Shown in pieces: positions 1 through 9,621 of a stretch of DNA of 64,000 nt. A program made the translations under genes and the position numbers. The DNA is from Candidatus Omnitrophota bacterium (GTDB lineage Bacteria; Omnitrophota; Gorgyraeia; Gygaellales; Profunditerraquicolaceae). The notes below the pieces were generated by a model, which saw only the letters and a list, made by a program, of their open reading frames with translations, searched no databases and was not told the origin of the DNA. The DNA lies in NCBI GenBank assembly GCA_028716245.1, contig JAQUQW010000001.1, positions 388,322-452,321 on the forward strand. Reading direction: 5' to 3'. The stretch's first letter is position 1, and every line of letters begins with the position of its first letter.

Positions 1-16
1 GTTATTCGCCTACTGG

Positions 17-529
17 ATGCGTTTTGTTTACCAGGAAAAAATGCGTTCCTTATCATTCGACGCTAAAAATCAGAAGGAAAAATTCCGCGATAATATCCAG
101 GAACTTATCCAGGAATTTTCCAGCCAATCCGTCAAGCCGCTGGCTAACCGCGTTAGCGAGCTGCTACAGCTTTTTGAAGATGACCTTATGCAGATCGAAC
201 GTAAAAAGGTCCGGCTTAATCATTTCCGCGAAGTAAAACCACTGGTATTTAATCATCGTTTTTTAAAAGAAGGCCTGCTGGGCCGTTCCAGCGACTCCCT
301 TTGGATTATGGCGATTAAATCCGACGCCCTTACCGAGCAGGATATTACTGAATTTGCCAAAGAATGCAAAAGATACCATCATAAATCGCAGCGAAAGATT
401 ATGGTTACTTTAAAAGAAGTTGATCCAAACGCGCGCTTAAGAGCGCTGGAAGAAAAAATCTGGACCTGGGATTTAAACAACCTGAATCAGATCTTGGATT
501 TATTTTCTAAACCCCGGGTAATCGCATGA
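17..529 (+). CDS. hypothetical protein, possibly 5'-truncated (frame is open back to the window edge)
   Basis: 170-aa ORF; no recognisable motif; no stop in frame between position 2 and the first ATG. Confidence 0.35.
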   Translation: MRFVYQEKMRSLSFDAKNQKEKFRDNIQELIQEFSSQSVKPLANRVSELLQLFEDDLMQIERKKVRLNHFREVKPLVFNHRFLKEGLLGRSSDSLWIMAIKSDALTEQDITEFAKECKRYHHKSQRKIMVTLKEVDPNARLRALEEKIWTWDLNNLNQILDLFSKPRVIA

Positions 530-1032
530 AAATAGGCGTAATCGCAGACACGCATATTCCGGATAAATGCGAGCATATTCCCGAAACAATCTTGAATGCC
601 TTTAAGCATGTAGATATGGTTGTGCATGCCGGAGATATGGTAGATCTGGGCGCAATTGATGAATTAAAGGTAATCTGCCCAAAAATAGTTGCCGTAGCAG
701 GAAATATGGATTCTCAAGCGGTGACGAAAAAGTTCCCGGTAAAACAAATTTTTGAAATTTCAGGCCGTAAGGTTGGCATTATGCACGGCTACGGAGCGCC
801 GTCGAATCTTATAAAAATCCTCAAGAATGCTTTTAAAAATGAGCACCCCGATGTAATTATTTTCGGGCATTCGCATAAATCCATGAATGAGGTTATTGAT
901 GGAATATTGTTTTTTAATCCGGGAAGCGCAACTGATCATTCCCTGGGATACGCTTCGTATGGTATAATCGAAATAAAAGATAAGCTGCAAGGCCATGGTT
1001 TGGCTATTGACGCTAAAATAATTAAAATTTAG
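526..1032 (+). CDS. YfcE/MJ0936-family metallophosphoesterase
   Basis: N-terminal GVIADTHIP and HAGD motifs and GNMD, typical of small calcineurin-like phosphodiesterases; ATGA overlap with upstream ORF. Confidence 0.7.
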   Translation: MKIGVIADTHIPDKCEHIPETILNAFKHVDMVVHAGDMVDLGAIDELKVICPKIVAVAGNMDSQAVTKKFPVKQIFEISGRKVGIMHGYGAPSNLIKILKNAFKNEHPDVIIFGHSHKSMNEVIDGILFFNPGSATDHSLGYASYGIIEIKDKLQGHGLAIDAKIIKI

Positions 1033-1034
1033 AT

Positions 1035-1505
1035 ATGGATAGGCTTTGGGCGCCATGGAGGATTAATTACGTAGGTAAAAAGAAAGAACAGAAGGGCTGT
1101 ATTTTTTGCCAGGCAAAAAAGAGCGCCCTTAATGATTACGTGATTTTTAAGACGGCAAAATCCATTTGTTTGCTCAACAGGTATCCGTACAATAACGGCC
1201 ATATAATGATTTGTCCGCTAAGGCATGTTCCGGACATATCCAGGCTTAAGGAGGATGAACTCCTTGATATTTTTAAATCTTTGGAGAAGGCAAAAGCATT
1301 GTTGCAAAAAGTTTTAAAACCCCGGGGTTATAATATCGGCCTTAACTTAGGCAGAGCTGCCGGAGCCGGAATCACCGGGCACCTGCATTTACATATTGTG
1401 CCTCGCTGGTTTGGGGATACCAATTTCATGCCCGCAGTTTCCGGCAACAGGGTGATTTCCCAATCCCTGGATGAGTTGGCTAAACGTTTAAAGAAGCATG
1501 CATAA
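1035..1505 (+). CDS. HIT (histidine triad) family protein
   Basis: C-terminal HLHLHIVPR histidine-triad motif; about 156 aa. Confidence 0.7.
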   Translation: MDRLWAPWRINYVGKKKEQKGCIFCQAKKSALNDYVIFKTAKSICLLNRYPYNNGHIMICPLRHVPDISRLKEDELLDIFKSLEKAKALLQKVLKPRGYNIGLNLGRAAGAGITGHLHLHIVPRWFGDTNFMPAVSGNRVISQSLDELAKRLKKHA

Positions 1506-2643
1506 AATTAACGAATACGAAGAAAAATTTCTTGCTCCTTACGCCAGCAAGAGCTTTAATTCACGGGGCCGGGTGCATAAAGAAGAGGAGCATCCTTACC
1601 GCTCATGCTATCAGCGCGACCGGGACCGGATTATCCACTCCGCGGCGTTTAGAAGATTGGAATATAAAACCCAGGTCTTTGTCAATCATGAAGGCGACTA
1701 TTACCGGACCCGCCTGACCCACAGCATCGAGGTCTCCCAGATTGCCCGCACGATTGCCTACGCCTTAGGTTTGAATATGGACCTGACCGAAGCCATTGCT
1801 TTGGCGCATGATTTAGGGCACACTCCTTTTGGCCACTCCGGGGAAGAAATACTCAATGAATTAATGGCTAAATCCGGAGGTTTCAACCATAATCTCCAGG
1901 GCTTAAGAGTAGTGGATTACCTGGAGGAGCGTTATCCGGAATTCCCGGGATTAAATTTAAGCTGGGAGGTAAGGGAAGGAATAGTAAAACATTCATCCGT
2001 TTTTGATATTGCGGTAAAGATTAAAGAGTTTTTACCCCGCTTGATGCCTTCACTGGAAACCCAGGTGGTTGATATAGCCGATGAGATAGCCTACGATAAC
2101 CATGATCTTGATGACGGCCTGACTTCAGGGCTGATAAAAGAAAGCGACCTTGAGGGTCTTGGGATCTGGAAAAAAATAAATCGCAAAATCGACCAGAAAT
2201 ATGCTAAAATTAATTCCAATTACCGTAAGTACCTGATTATCCGCGGCCTAATTGATTTACAGGTTACCGATCTTATCCAGCACACGCAATCAGAGCTTAC
2301 CCGGCTTAAGATTAAAAAATACACCGATCCGTATAAGGTGGGTTTTAAAATAGTAAATTTCAGCAAAGAGGTCAAAGAGCTAAGAAAACCGCTTCGGCAG
2401 TTTCTCATGCAAAAGCTTTATCACCATTACCGGGTAATGCGCATGAGCATAAAAGCCAAACGTTTTATCCGGGAGTTGTTCAATGAATACATTAAACGCC
2501 CGCAGCAGATGCCCGCTGAAATACAGCTTAAGATCCCTAAAGAGGGGGTAAAACGGGTAGTTTGTGATTATATCGCCGGAATGACTGACCGGTACGCCTT
2601 GGATGAATATAAAAAACTATTCAACCCCTACGAAAAAGTATAG
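1498..2643 (+). CDS. dgt: dGTPase-like dNTP triphosphohydrolase (HD domain)
   Basis: HD-domain motifs (HSIEVSQIAR, LAHDLGHTPFGH, DIADEIAYDNHDLDD) characteristic of the Dgt family; 381 aa. Confidence 0.8.
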   Translation: MHKINEYEEKFLAPYASKSFNSRGRVHKEEEHPYRSCYQRDRDRIIHSAAFRRLEYKTQVFVNHEGDYYRTRLTHSIEVSQIARTIAYALGLNMDLTEAIALAHDLGHTPFGHSGEEILNELMAKSGGFNHNLQGLRVVDYLEERYPEFPGLNLSWEVREGIVKHSSVFDIAVKIKEFLPRLMPSLETQVVDIADEIAYDNHDLDDGLTSGLIKESDLEGLGIWKKINRKIDQKYAKINSNYRKYLIIRGLIDLQVTDLIQHTQSELTRLKIKKYTDPYKVGFKIVNFSKEVKELRKPLRQFLMQKLYHHYRVMRMSIKAKRFIRELFNEYIKRPQQMPAEIQLKIPKEGVKRVVCDYIAGMTDRYALDEYKKLFNPYEKV

Positions 2644-3676
2644 GTTTTTAATCTCGGCGGTGCACAGTATTTACCGCCTGCTCAATTCTACTTATACTGT
2701 TAATGATTTGATCTGCCGCATGGGCCGCTTGTTTTGCCAATTTTTTAACGCCCAATATTGCCAGGTTATCCTATTAGATTCTAATAAGAAATATTCTATT
2801 GTTAAATGCACAATTGTCGATAATAAGAAATGCGATGTCCTTAAAAAGACCAGGGTCAGCGGCAGGGTCGAAGAAAAAATCCTTAAGCGCGCATCCGTAG
2901 TCAGGGAGAGCAACCTTTTGGGTATCCCGCTTATCTGCGAAGACCTGATCGGGCTGATTATTATAAAACGCTCCAAAACCAGCCAGCCGTTTGACATATT
3001 CGATCAAGAGATGCTGATGACCATGGCCGAACAGGCGGTTGTCGGGATCAAGAATCTGCAGCTTTATGAAGAGCAGCAAAGAATAGTTTTTGGCAGTATC
3101 AAATCGTTAGTTACGCTTTTGGATACCCGGGTTTCCAGGGAATACACGCATTCGCCGCATTTTAGCAAGTTGGTTTGTTCCCTGGGCTGCGAAATTCATT
3201 TGAATGAAAAACAGTTGGAAAGCCTTAAATATGCCAGCCTTTTGCACGATGCCGGAAAAGCGGGCATACCAGCTGAAATTTTAACCAAGACCACCAAACT
3301 TACAGCTGAAGAATATGATATTATTAAAAAACATCCGGTTAAGGGAGCGCAGATTTTAAGGCCTTTACAGGTTTTACGCCCGGTTATTCCGATTATTATG
3401 TATCATCATGAAAAATATAACGGAACAGGTTATCCGTCGCGCCTCAAAGGAAACCAGATTCCGCTTGGGGCCCGCATTATGGCGGTAGCCGATGCTTTTG
3501 AAGCCATGGTTTACGGACGGCCTTACCGGCAAAGAATGAACATCCAAGCGGCGATAAGGGAAATAAAGAAAAAGAGCGGAACGCAATTTGACCCTAAAAT
3601 CGTTGATGCTTTTTTGAAGGTAATCAAAAAGTTTAACAAAAGAATCTACTTGAAACAGGATAACCCTAAGTTATAA
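2603..3676 (+). CDS. GAF-like sensor fused to an HD-GYP phosphodiesterase (c-di-GMP hydrolase family)
   Basis: HD motif LLHDAGK and the HHEKYNGTGYP HD-GYP signature; the N-terminal 150 aa resemble a GAF fold; start overlaps the dgt end. Confidence 0.7.
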   Translation: MNIKNYSTPTKKYRFLISAVHSIYRLLNSTYTVNDLICRMGRLFCQFFNAQYCQVILLDSNKKYSIVKCTIVDNKKCDVLKKTRVSGRVEEKILKRASVVRESNLLGIPLICEDLIGLIIIKRSKTSQPFDIFDQEMLMTMAEQAVVGIKNLQLYEEQQRIVFGSIKSLVTLLDTRVSREYTHSPHFSKLVCSLGCEIHLNEKQLESLKYASLLHDAGKAGIPAEILTKTTKLTAEEYDIIKKHPVKGAQILRPLQVLRPVIPIIMYHHEKYNGTGYPSRLKGNQIPLGARIMAVADAFEAMVYGRPYRQRMNIQAAIREIKKKSGTQFDPKIVDAFLKVIKKFNKRIYLKQDNPKL

Positions 3677-3685
3677 TATTAGGTT

Positions 3686-4129
3686 ATGGCAGAAAAACAG
3701 GATTACTCGCAATCCGAACTTTTTACCCAGTCTTTAGATAACGGGCATTATAAGCCGCATATCCCAAAGAACCCTTTTTTTTTACGTATCCGAGGGTATG
3801 AAAAAGCTATGCTTTTGATAATGGGGCTGGTTTTAGTAAGCATTATTTCTTTTTCCATGGGAGTAGAAAACGGGAAAAGGGCGGCTTTTGCTAAAAACAG
3901 CGGGCAGGATCAAAACGGTTACACGATTCAGGTAGCATCTTTTAAAAACAAAGAACTTGCTTTGCGCTACGCCCAGTCATTAAAAAGTGACGGGTTGGCT
4001 CCGATGGTTTTTGCTAAAGGAAATTACATTATTTTGTGCGTAGGCAAATTTTCTAATCAAGAGAACGCGCAACCTTTACTCATTCAGCTGCAGAGGACCT
4101 ACGCTGGTTGCCGCATAAGGAGGTTATAA
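3686..4129 (+). CDS. SPOR-domain (peptidoglycan-binding) membrane protein
   Basis: Single TM, then C-terminal SPOR-like segment (YTIQVASFKNKELALRYAQSLK...ILCVGKF). Confidence 0.6.
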   Translation: MAEKQDYSQSELFTQSLDNGHYKPHIPKNPFFLRIRGYEKAMLLIMGLVLVSIISFSMGVENGKRAAFAKNSGQDQNGYTIQVASFKNKELALRYAQSLKSDGLAPMVFAKGNYIILCVGKFSNQENAQPLLIQLQRTYAGCRIRRL

Positions 4130-4132
4130 AAC

Positions 4133-4435
4133 ATGTCAATACATCCGTCGTTAACTATTTCGGAAAAGGACAAAAAGGTCCGCTCAGTATTATCGCGCAC
4201 CGAGCGCATAAGACAGATGCAGGAAAAGAGCAAATGGAAACAAGGGGATTCAGTCTACGGCTTACCGAAACTTAAAACCCTGAGGATTAAAATTAAAAAG
4301 GAGAAGGTCGAGAAAGCTGAGACTGCAGCAACTCCCGCAGCCGGAGGAGCAGCGCCGGCGGCAGGTGGCGGAACAAAAGAAGCTTCTAAGGCCGCTGCCC
4401 CTAAGGCCGCTGCTAAAGGACAGGAGAAAAAATGA
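4133..4435 (+). CDS. small basic protein with Ala/Pro/Gly-rich C-terminus, hypothetical
   Basis: 100-aa ORF with RBS; low complexity tail AAGGAAPAAGGG. Confidence 0.4.
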   Translation: MSIHPSLTISEKDKKVRSVLSRTERIRQMQEKSKWKQGDSVYGLPKLKTLRIKIKKEKVEKAETAATPAAGGAAPAAGGGTKEASKAAAPKAAAKGQEKK

Positions 4436-5202
4436 GGATAGCCAAGCTAATATCCACTTTCCTGATGGTAAGTTTGATTTTCTGCGCGCCTGTTTTTGCA
4501 GCTGCCTTTAGCGGGCAAATCAATGCGGACAATATAAACGCGCGGGTAGACGCGACAGTAGGTTCGGCTGTGATTTGCAGCCTTCCCAAAGGCCAATTGG
4601 TTGAAGTCGTCTCAGAAGCTTATGATTGGTACAAGATCCGCCTGCCGAAAGAAGCGCCATCATATGTAAAAAAAGATCTGGTCGAATGTATCAATCCCGA
4701 TCCTGTAACCAGCCCGGGAAAATGCCTTACTGCCAAGGTAATTAAAGACCGGATAAATATCCGGCTGGGGCCCAGTGAATCCACCTGGATCCTGGGGAAA
4801 GCGGATAAACTGACCGTAGTTAATATTTTGGCTCAAGAAAGCGGCTGGTATAAAATCCAGCCGATTTATCAAAGCTATGGCTGGGTAAATAAAAAATTTA
4901 TCAGCAAAGAAATAACGCTGCCTAAAAAGCAAAAAGCTGCGGAATTATCTGCCAAAGATATTCCATCCCATGGGGATCTTCTGGTTGTCGAAGGCACGGT
5001 TACTCCATATGGGGTAATTTTATGGCGCAAGGCAACGCATAAATTGGTTACTTCCGATAACAAGATTTATTTCCTAAAGGGTAACCGTAAAAGCTTAGAC
5101 AGCCTTAATTATCATAAGGTTAAAGTTACCGGAAAACTGATTAGCCCGGCCGCAAGCAAATACCCGATTATCCAGATCGACATTATCGAGGCATTAAGTT
5201 GA
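4432..5202 (+). CDS. secreted protein with tandem bacterial SH3-like domains
   Basis: Signal peptide; two repeats of the WYKI...GWV pattern typical of SH3b. Confidence 0.5.
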   Translation: MRIAKLISTFLMVSLIFCAPVFAAAFSGQINADNINARVDATVGSAVICSLPKGQLVEVVSEAYDWYKIRLPKEAPSYVKKDLVECINPDPVTSPGKCLTAKVIKDRINIRLGPSESTWILGKADKLTVVNILAQESGWYKIQPIYQSYGWVNKKFISKEITLPKKQKAAELSAKDIPSHGDLLVVEGTVTPYGVILWRKATHKLVTSDNKIYFLKGNRKSLDSLNYHKVKVTGKLISPAASKYPIIQIDIIEALS

Positions 5203-5828
5203 GTTTTTTAAGCCTGATTATCTCTTTTATCATATCCTTCGCGCTTTTGTTAATCGCGATGACTGTGCATGAATTCGCCCACGGTCTGGTTGCCTATAAG
5301 CGCGGGGATTCTACGGCCAGGTTAAGCGGACGGCTGACCCTGAATCCGCTGGCCCATATCGATCCGTTCTGGACGCTTCTTTTGCCGCTTATACTTTTCT
5401 TATCCACAGCCGGGCGTTTTGTTTTTGGCGCGGCCAAACCTGTTCCCATAAATTACTGGGCGCTGAAGAATCCCAAGAAAGACATTATTTGGATTGGTTT
5501 AAGCGGCCCGCTGGCTAACCTTATTTTAGCCTGGATTATTGCCGGCGTATTAAAATTTATCCCGCTCTCCGGTATCTTAGCCTACCTGCTGTTCCATTTG
5601 CTCACCATTAATGTCATTTTGGCAATATTCAACCTTATACCGATTCCTCCTCTTGACGGTTCGCGCGTTTTAATGGGCCTGTTACCGCCCGATCTTTCAG
5701 AGCAATACGCCAATTTAGAGCGTTATGGCTTTATTATTCTTTTTGCGCTTATCTGGCTGGGCATCTTTGACCGCATACTCTGGCCGCTGGTGGGACTGGT
5801 GATCAGAATGATGGGAGCGGGTTCTTAA
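5199..5828 (+). CDS. site-2 protease family (M50) integral membrane metalloprotease
   Basis: HEFAHG zinc motif in the first TM and the LDG motif (NLIPIPPLDGSRV); multi-TM. Confidence 0.65.
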   Translation: MSFLSLIISFIISFALLLIAMTVHEFAHGLVAYKRGDSTARLSGRLTLNPLAHIDPFWTLLLPLILFLSTAGRFVFGAAKPVPINYWALKNPKKDIIWIGLSGPLANLILAWIIAGVLKFIPLSGILAYLLFHLLTINVILAIFNLIPIPPLDGSRVLMGLLPPDLSEQYANLERYGFIILFALIWLGIFDRILWPLVGLVIRMMGAGS

Positions 5829-5829
5829 T

Positions 5830-6915
5830 ATGCCGAAAGTAAAAGTTAATTTAGGTAAACGGTCTTACGCGATAATTATCGGATGCGGCGTCCTCAATCA
5901 GCTTGGCGAAAATTTAGGTAAATTAAATCTCGGCACAGACGCCTTTATTATTACCAATAATTTCTTAAAAGATAAATACGGGGCAAAGTTATCCTGCGTT
6001 TTATCAAACGCCGGGTTTAATTGGCGTTTTAAGATTGTCGCGGATAGCGAGAAAAGCAAATCCATCCAAACAGCAAGCTCGGTAATTAAAGATCTAGCTA
6101 AATTCGACCGGAAGAAAAAAGTTTTTATTATAGCCTTCGGCGGGGGAGTAGTTGGGGACCTAGCCGGTTTTGTGGCTTCGGTTTATAAGCGGGGAACCAG
6201 TTACGTTCAGGTACCGACGACCCTGCTGGCTCAGGTAGATTCAGCTATCGGCGGAAAAACAGCGGTTGACCTGGATTCAGGCAAAAATTTAGTCGGCGCC
6301 TTTTATCAGCCAAGGCTTGTTTTTAGCGACATTGATTTTTTAAAAAGTTTAAATAAAGAACAGCTTTGTTCGGGAATGGCGGAGGTCATCAAATACGCGG
6401 TAATCAAAGATAAGGGGCTTTTTAATTTCCTGGAGAACAAACATAAGGAAGTAATTGCGGGCAAGGCATCCGCTCTTGAAACGATAATTTGTTCCTGCAG
6501 TAAGATCAAGGCAAAGATAACCAGCAGCGATGAAAAAGAAACTTTGGGGATAAGGACTATTCTTAACTTTGGGCATACGATAGGGCATGCAATCGAAGCC
6601 GCAGGCGGCTATCGCGGCTGTAATCACGGCCAGGCAGTTGGGTTAGGCATGATTGTTGCTGTCGATCTAAGCAGCAAACTTAACCTGATTGACGCCAAAT
6701 CCGCCGCCCGCATTGAAAATTTAATTAAACTTTACGGCTTGCCTGCCAAAATTAAAGGCCTGTCCACGGATAAGATTATTCAAGCCCATTATCACGATAA
6801 GAAATTTTCGGGTAAAGAAAATAAATTTGTGCTTATCCGCGGAATTGGCATACCTAAAATTATCCGTAATATTAGACTGGATTTAATAAAAGAGGCAATC
6901 GCAAGGATAGTTTAG
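5830..6915 (+). CDS. aroB: 3-dehydroquinate synthase
   Basis: GGGVVGDLAGF nucleotide-binding motif and HAIE metal-binding histidines; 361 aa. Confidence 0.85.
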   Translation: MPKVKVNLGKRSYAIIIGCGVLNQLGENLGKLNLGTDAFIITNNFLKDKYGAKLSCVLSNAGFNWRFKIVADSEKSKSIQTASSVIKDLAKFDRKKKVFIIAFGGGVVGDLAGFVASVYKRGTSYVQVPTTLLAQVDSAIGGKTAVDLDSGKNLVGAFYQPRLVFSDIDFLKSLNKEQLCSGMAEVIKYAVIKDKGLFNFLENKHKEVIAGKASALETIICSCSKIKAKITSSDEKETLGIRTILNFGHTIGHAIEAAGGYRGCNHGQAVGLGMIVAVDLSSKLNLIDAKSAARIENLIKLYGLPAKIKGLSTDKIIQAHYHDKKFSGKENKFVLIRGIGIPKIIRNIRLDLIKEAIARIV

Positions 6916-6930
6916 AACCTCACCTGTGGT

Positions 6931-7401
6931 TTATCTGCGGGTGGAAAGGGTAATAAGCTTTTCTTGGTTGTTAAGTTCTACGGTATTTGCAGCAATCTTC
7001 ATTACTTTGGCCCCGTCTACCGAATCATTCTCCCGGACAATTTGGTTGTTGATTAAAGCGTAGCCGTCGTTATCGGAAAAGAAAATTCCGTTTAAAACAA
7101 AAGCAGCTTCCGGGATATTCTTTTCTTCTTTTTTAGCTAAGGCAGGTTCTTCGGGCAGGGGAGCCAAAACAACGGGTTGCTGGAGGGCGATTGCAGTTTT
7201 ATTTGGCGCCTGCGCGGTTTTTATTTTATCTCCCAACAGGCTAAAAATAAAGCTGCTCAAGGAAATTCCTAAGAGTAGAATTAAGATATAGAGCAAGAAT
7301 GGCCTGGGACCGGATTTTTTATCCAGAAATGAATTCTTTTTCGCTTCATTTTGCTGGATGTACTGCTCGGTTTTCTTTAATGCTTCATTAATAATGCTCA
7401 T
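6931..7401 (-). CDS. gspB: general secretion pathway protein B-like (GspB/ExeB)
   Basis: Bitopic protein immediately downstream of the ExeA-like ATPase, overlapping its stop; C-terminal region resembles the GspB family. Confidence 0.45.
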   Translation of the reverse strand: MSIINEALKKTEQYIQQNEAKKNSFLDKKSGPRPFLLYILILLLGISLSSFIFSLLGDKIKTAQAPNKTAIALQQPVVLAPLPEEPALAKKEEKNIPEAAFVLNGIFFSDNDGYALINNQIVRENDSVDGAKVMKIAANTVELNNQEKLITLSTRR

Positions 7402-8228
7402 ATATTTTGGGCTACCGAGTAGCTATCCAATTCTTCAACACATTTTTTGATAATATTAAAATCTATCTGGCTGGTTTCGCTGACAAATCCGGCTAAAAGC
7501 GCGCGATCACAGATCATATTAATTAATCGGGGGGTGCCCCCGGAAAAACGGCTGATCATATCCACAGCTTCAGCGCTAAATTCAATTTGCGGCCTATTGT
7601 CTGCGCCGGCAATCTCAAGGCGCCAGTTAATATAACTGCTTATCTCAGCGTTATCTAGCGGCCCAATATGGTATCTGACCATGATTCTTTGGCGCAATTG
7701 CCTTAAATCGTAGAGATTAAGGCGTTGGTTTAATTCCGGCTGCCCCACTAAAATCACCTGCAATAGTTTATCTTTTTCGGTTTCTAGATTTGATAGCAGG
7801 CGTATCTGTTCGAGCAAACCGGGCTTCAGGTTCTGAGCTTCATCAACGATTAATACCAGGTTATTGCCGGCGGCGGATTCTCTAAGCAGGAAGTTATTTA
7901 GCTCCAGCACCATGCCTAATTTAGTTTTATCCTTAGTGTTTATTCCGAAATCCCTGATGATCGATTCTAACAGTTGGACTTCAGAAAAGGTGGGATTTAG
8001 AATGAAAGCGGTTTTAACGTTTTTACCGACCTGATTCAGGAAAAAACGGCAGATCGTTGTTTTACCTGTGCCGATTTCTCCGGTTAAGACGATAATTCCT
8101 TTTCTCTGGGAGACTCCGTAGAGCAAGTGAGAGATAGCTTCTTTATGTTTTTTACTGGAAAAAAAGAAAGCCGGATCGCTGGTAACATTAAATGGCCTTT
8201 CTTTTAATCCATAGTATTTACAGTACAT
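7398..8228 (-). CDS. gspA: ExeA/GspA-like AAA+ ATPase
   Basis: Walker A GEIGTGKTT and Walker B LVLIVDEAQNL; ExeA-like N-terminus (LTGEIGTGKTT); 276 aa, lacks a peptidoglycan-binding extension. Confidence 0.7.
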   Translation of the reverse strand: MYCKYYGLKERPFNVTSDPAFFFSSKKHKEAISHLLYGVSQRKGIIVLTGEIGTGKTTICRFFLNQVGKNVKTAFILNPTFSEVQLLESIIRDFGINTKDKTKLGMVLELNNFLLRESAAGNNLVLIVDEAQNLKPGLLEQIRLLSNLETEKDKLLQVILVGQPELNQRLNLYDLRQLRQRIMVRYHIGPLDNAEISSYINWRLEIAGADNRPQIEFSAEAVDMISRFSGGTPRLINMICDRALLAGFVSETSQIDFNIIKKCVEELDSYSVAQNI

Positions 8229-8338
8229 TTTTCACCCGCCATTATTATAACACAGAATCAGGGAACGTTTCTATTTTTTTTCAAAAAAAATAGAAAAAAA
8301 ATAGAAACGTTCCTGGTTTCTCGTTTTTAAAATATTTA

Positions 8339-8374
8339 TTGACAAATTGACAGTATTATTATAAAATTTATAAT
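8339..8374 (+). promoter_or_regulatory. sigma-70 type promoter (tandem TTGACA; -10 TAAAAT/TATAAT) for the guaB-like/guaA/dnaE operon
   Basis: TTGACAAATTGACA then 16-17 nt spacer to TATAAT, about 85 nt upstream of ATG 8461 (RBS AAGGAGAA). Confidence 0.5.
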
Positions 8375-8460
8375 CCTTTCATTAGTTTTCCCAAAGCGGG
8401 CGAAATATTCATAACTTATTACAAAACAACGGGTTAATACTATAATAAGGAGAATTTAAG

Positions 8461-9621
8461 ATGGCGGAGTGGATCGGTATAAACAGGCGCGCAAGAAGGT
8501 GCTATGGCTTTGATGAGGTTGCCCTGGTTCCCGGAGCGCAAACTGTAAATCCTAATGAAGTCGATACGAGCTTTGAATTTAACGGGAAAAAGTTTAAAAT
8601 ACCCATCCTGGCGGCGGCTATGGATGGAGTGGTCAACGTTAAGTTTGCAATTGAAATGTCCCGCTTAGGCGGAATCGCGGTCTTAAACCTCGATGGGATC
8701 CAAACCCGTTACGAAAATCCGGATGAAGTACTGGAAGAAATTGCCAAAGCTACACCGCAAAAAGCTACCGAATTAATCCAAGTAGTTTATACTACTCCCA
8801 TAAAAGAGAAACTGGTTACCAAAAGGGTAGCCGAAATTAAAAAAGCCAAAGCTATGGCTGTGGTCAGCTGCATCCCGGCTAATGCCGAAAAATTCTCAAA
8901 ATTAGCGGTTAGCGCTGGAGCGGACATCTTTATCATCCAATCCACAGTCACTACGATTAAACACGTCTCTACGCAATATAAAACGCTGAATTTAATAAAA
9001 TTCTGTAAATCCATGAAAATCCCCGTGCTCCTGGGAAACTGCGTAACCTATGAGACAACTTTAGAGCTTATGCAAACCGGAGCCAGCGGCTTACTTATTG
9101 GCGTGGGCCCGGGGGCGGCTTGTACAACGCGCGGGGTATTGGGTATCGGAGTTCCTCAGGTCACCGCTACTGTTGATGCTTCCGGCGCGCGCGATTTTCA
9201 TTATAAACGCACGGGAAAATACGTCTCCATTATTACTGACGGCGGAATGAACCGGGGAGGGGATATCTGCAAGGCATTTGCCTGCGGGGCCGACGCGGTG
9301 ATGATCGGTTCGAGTTTTGCCCGCGCCCAAGAAGCTCCCGGCAGAGGATTTCACTGGGGGATGGCCACTTCACATGTTAACCTGCCCCGCGGAACCCGGA
9401 TTCAAGTCGGCACAACCGGCTCATTAAAAGAAATTTTACTCGGTCCCGCAAAAGTAGATGATGGCTCACAAAACCTTTTAGGCGCTTTAAAAACCTCCAT
9501 GGGTTCATTGGGTGCCTCAAACTTAAAAGAAATGCATGACGTAGAAATCATTATCGCTCCTTCAATCCAGACCGAAGGGAAAATATTCCAAGTAGGCCAA
9601 AGAGTGGGAATGGGAAAATGA
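8461..9621 (+). CDS. guaB: IMP dehydrogenase family protein lacking the CBS pair (GuaB-like)
   Basis: IMPDH TIM-barrel with catalytic-loop Cys ([11 protein letters not shown]); 386 aa, so no CBS subdomain; ATGA coupling to guaA. Confidence 0.7.
   Translation: MAEWIGINRRARRCYGFDEVALVPGAQTVNPNEVDTSFEFNGKKFKIPILAAAMDGVVNVKFAIEMSRLGGIAVLNLDGIQTRYENPDEVLEEIAKATPQKATELIQVVYTTPIKEKLVTKRVAEIKKAKAMAVVSCIPANAEKFSKLAVSAGADIFIIQSTVTTIKHVSTQYKTLNLIKFCKSMKIPVLLGNCVTYETTLELMQTGASGLLIGVGPGAACTTRGVLGIGVPQVTATVDASGARDFHYKRTGKYVSIITDGGMNRGGDICKAFACGADAVMIGSSFARAQEAPGRGFHWGMATSHVNLPRGTRIQVGTTGSLKEILLGPAKVDDGSQNLLGALKTSMGSLGASNLKEMHDVEIIIAPSIQTEGKIFQVGQRVGMGK

Noticed and set aside
8259-8316. PurR-box reading of the AACGTTT-containing arms upstream of the gua operon
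   Set aside because: Only a partial match to the gamma-proteobacterial PurR consensus ANGNAAACGTTTNCNT (mismatches at conserved A5 and C14). PurR/LacI-type regulation is unlikely in this lineage. The REP-like family interpretation fits all three copies better.
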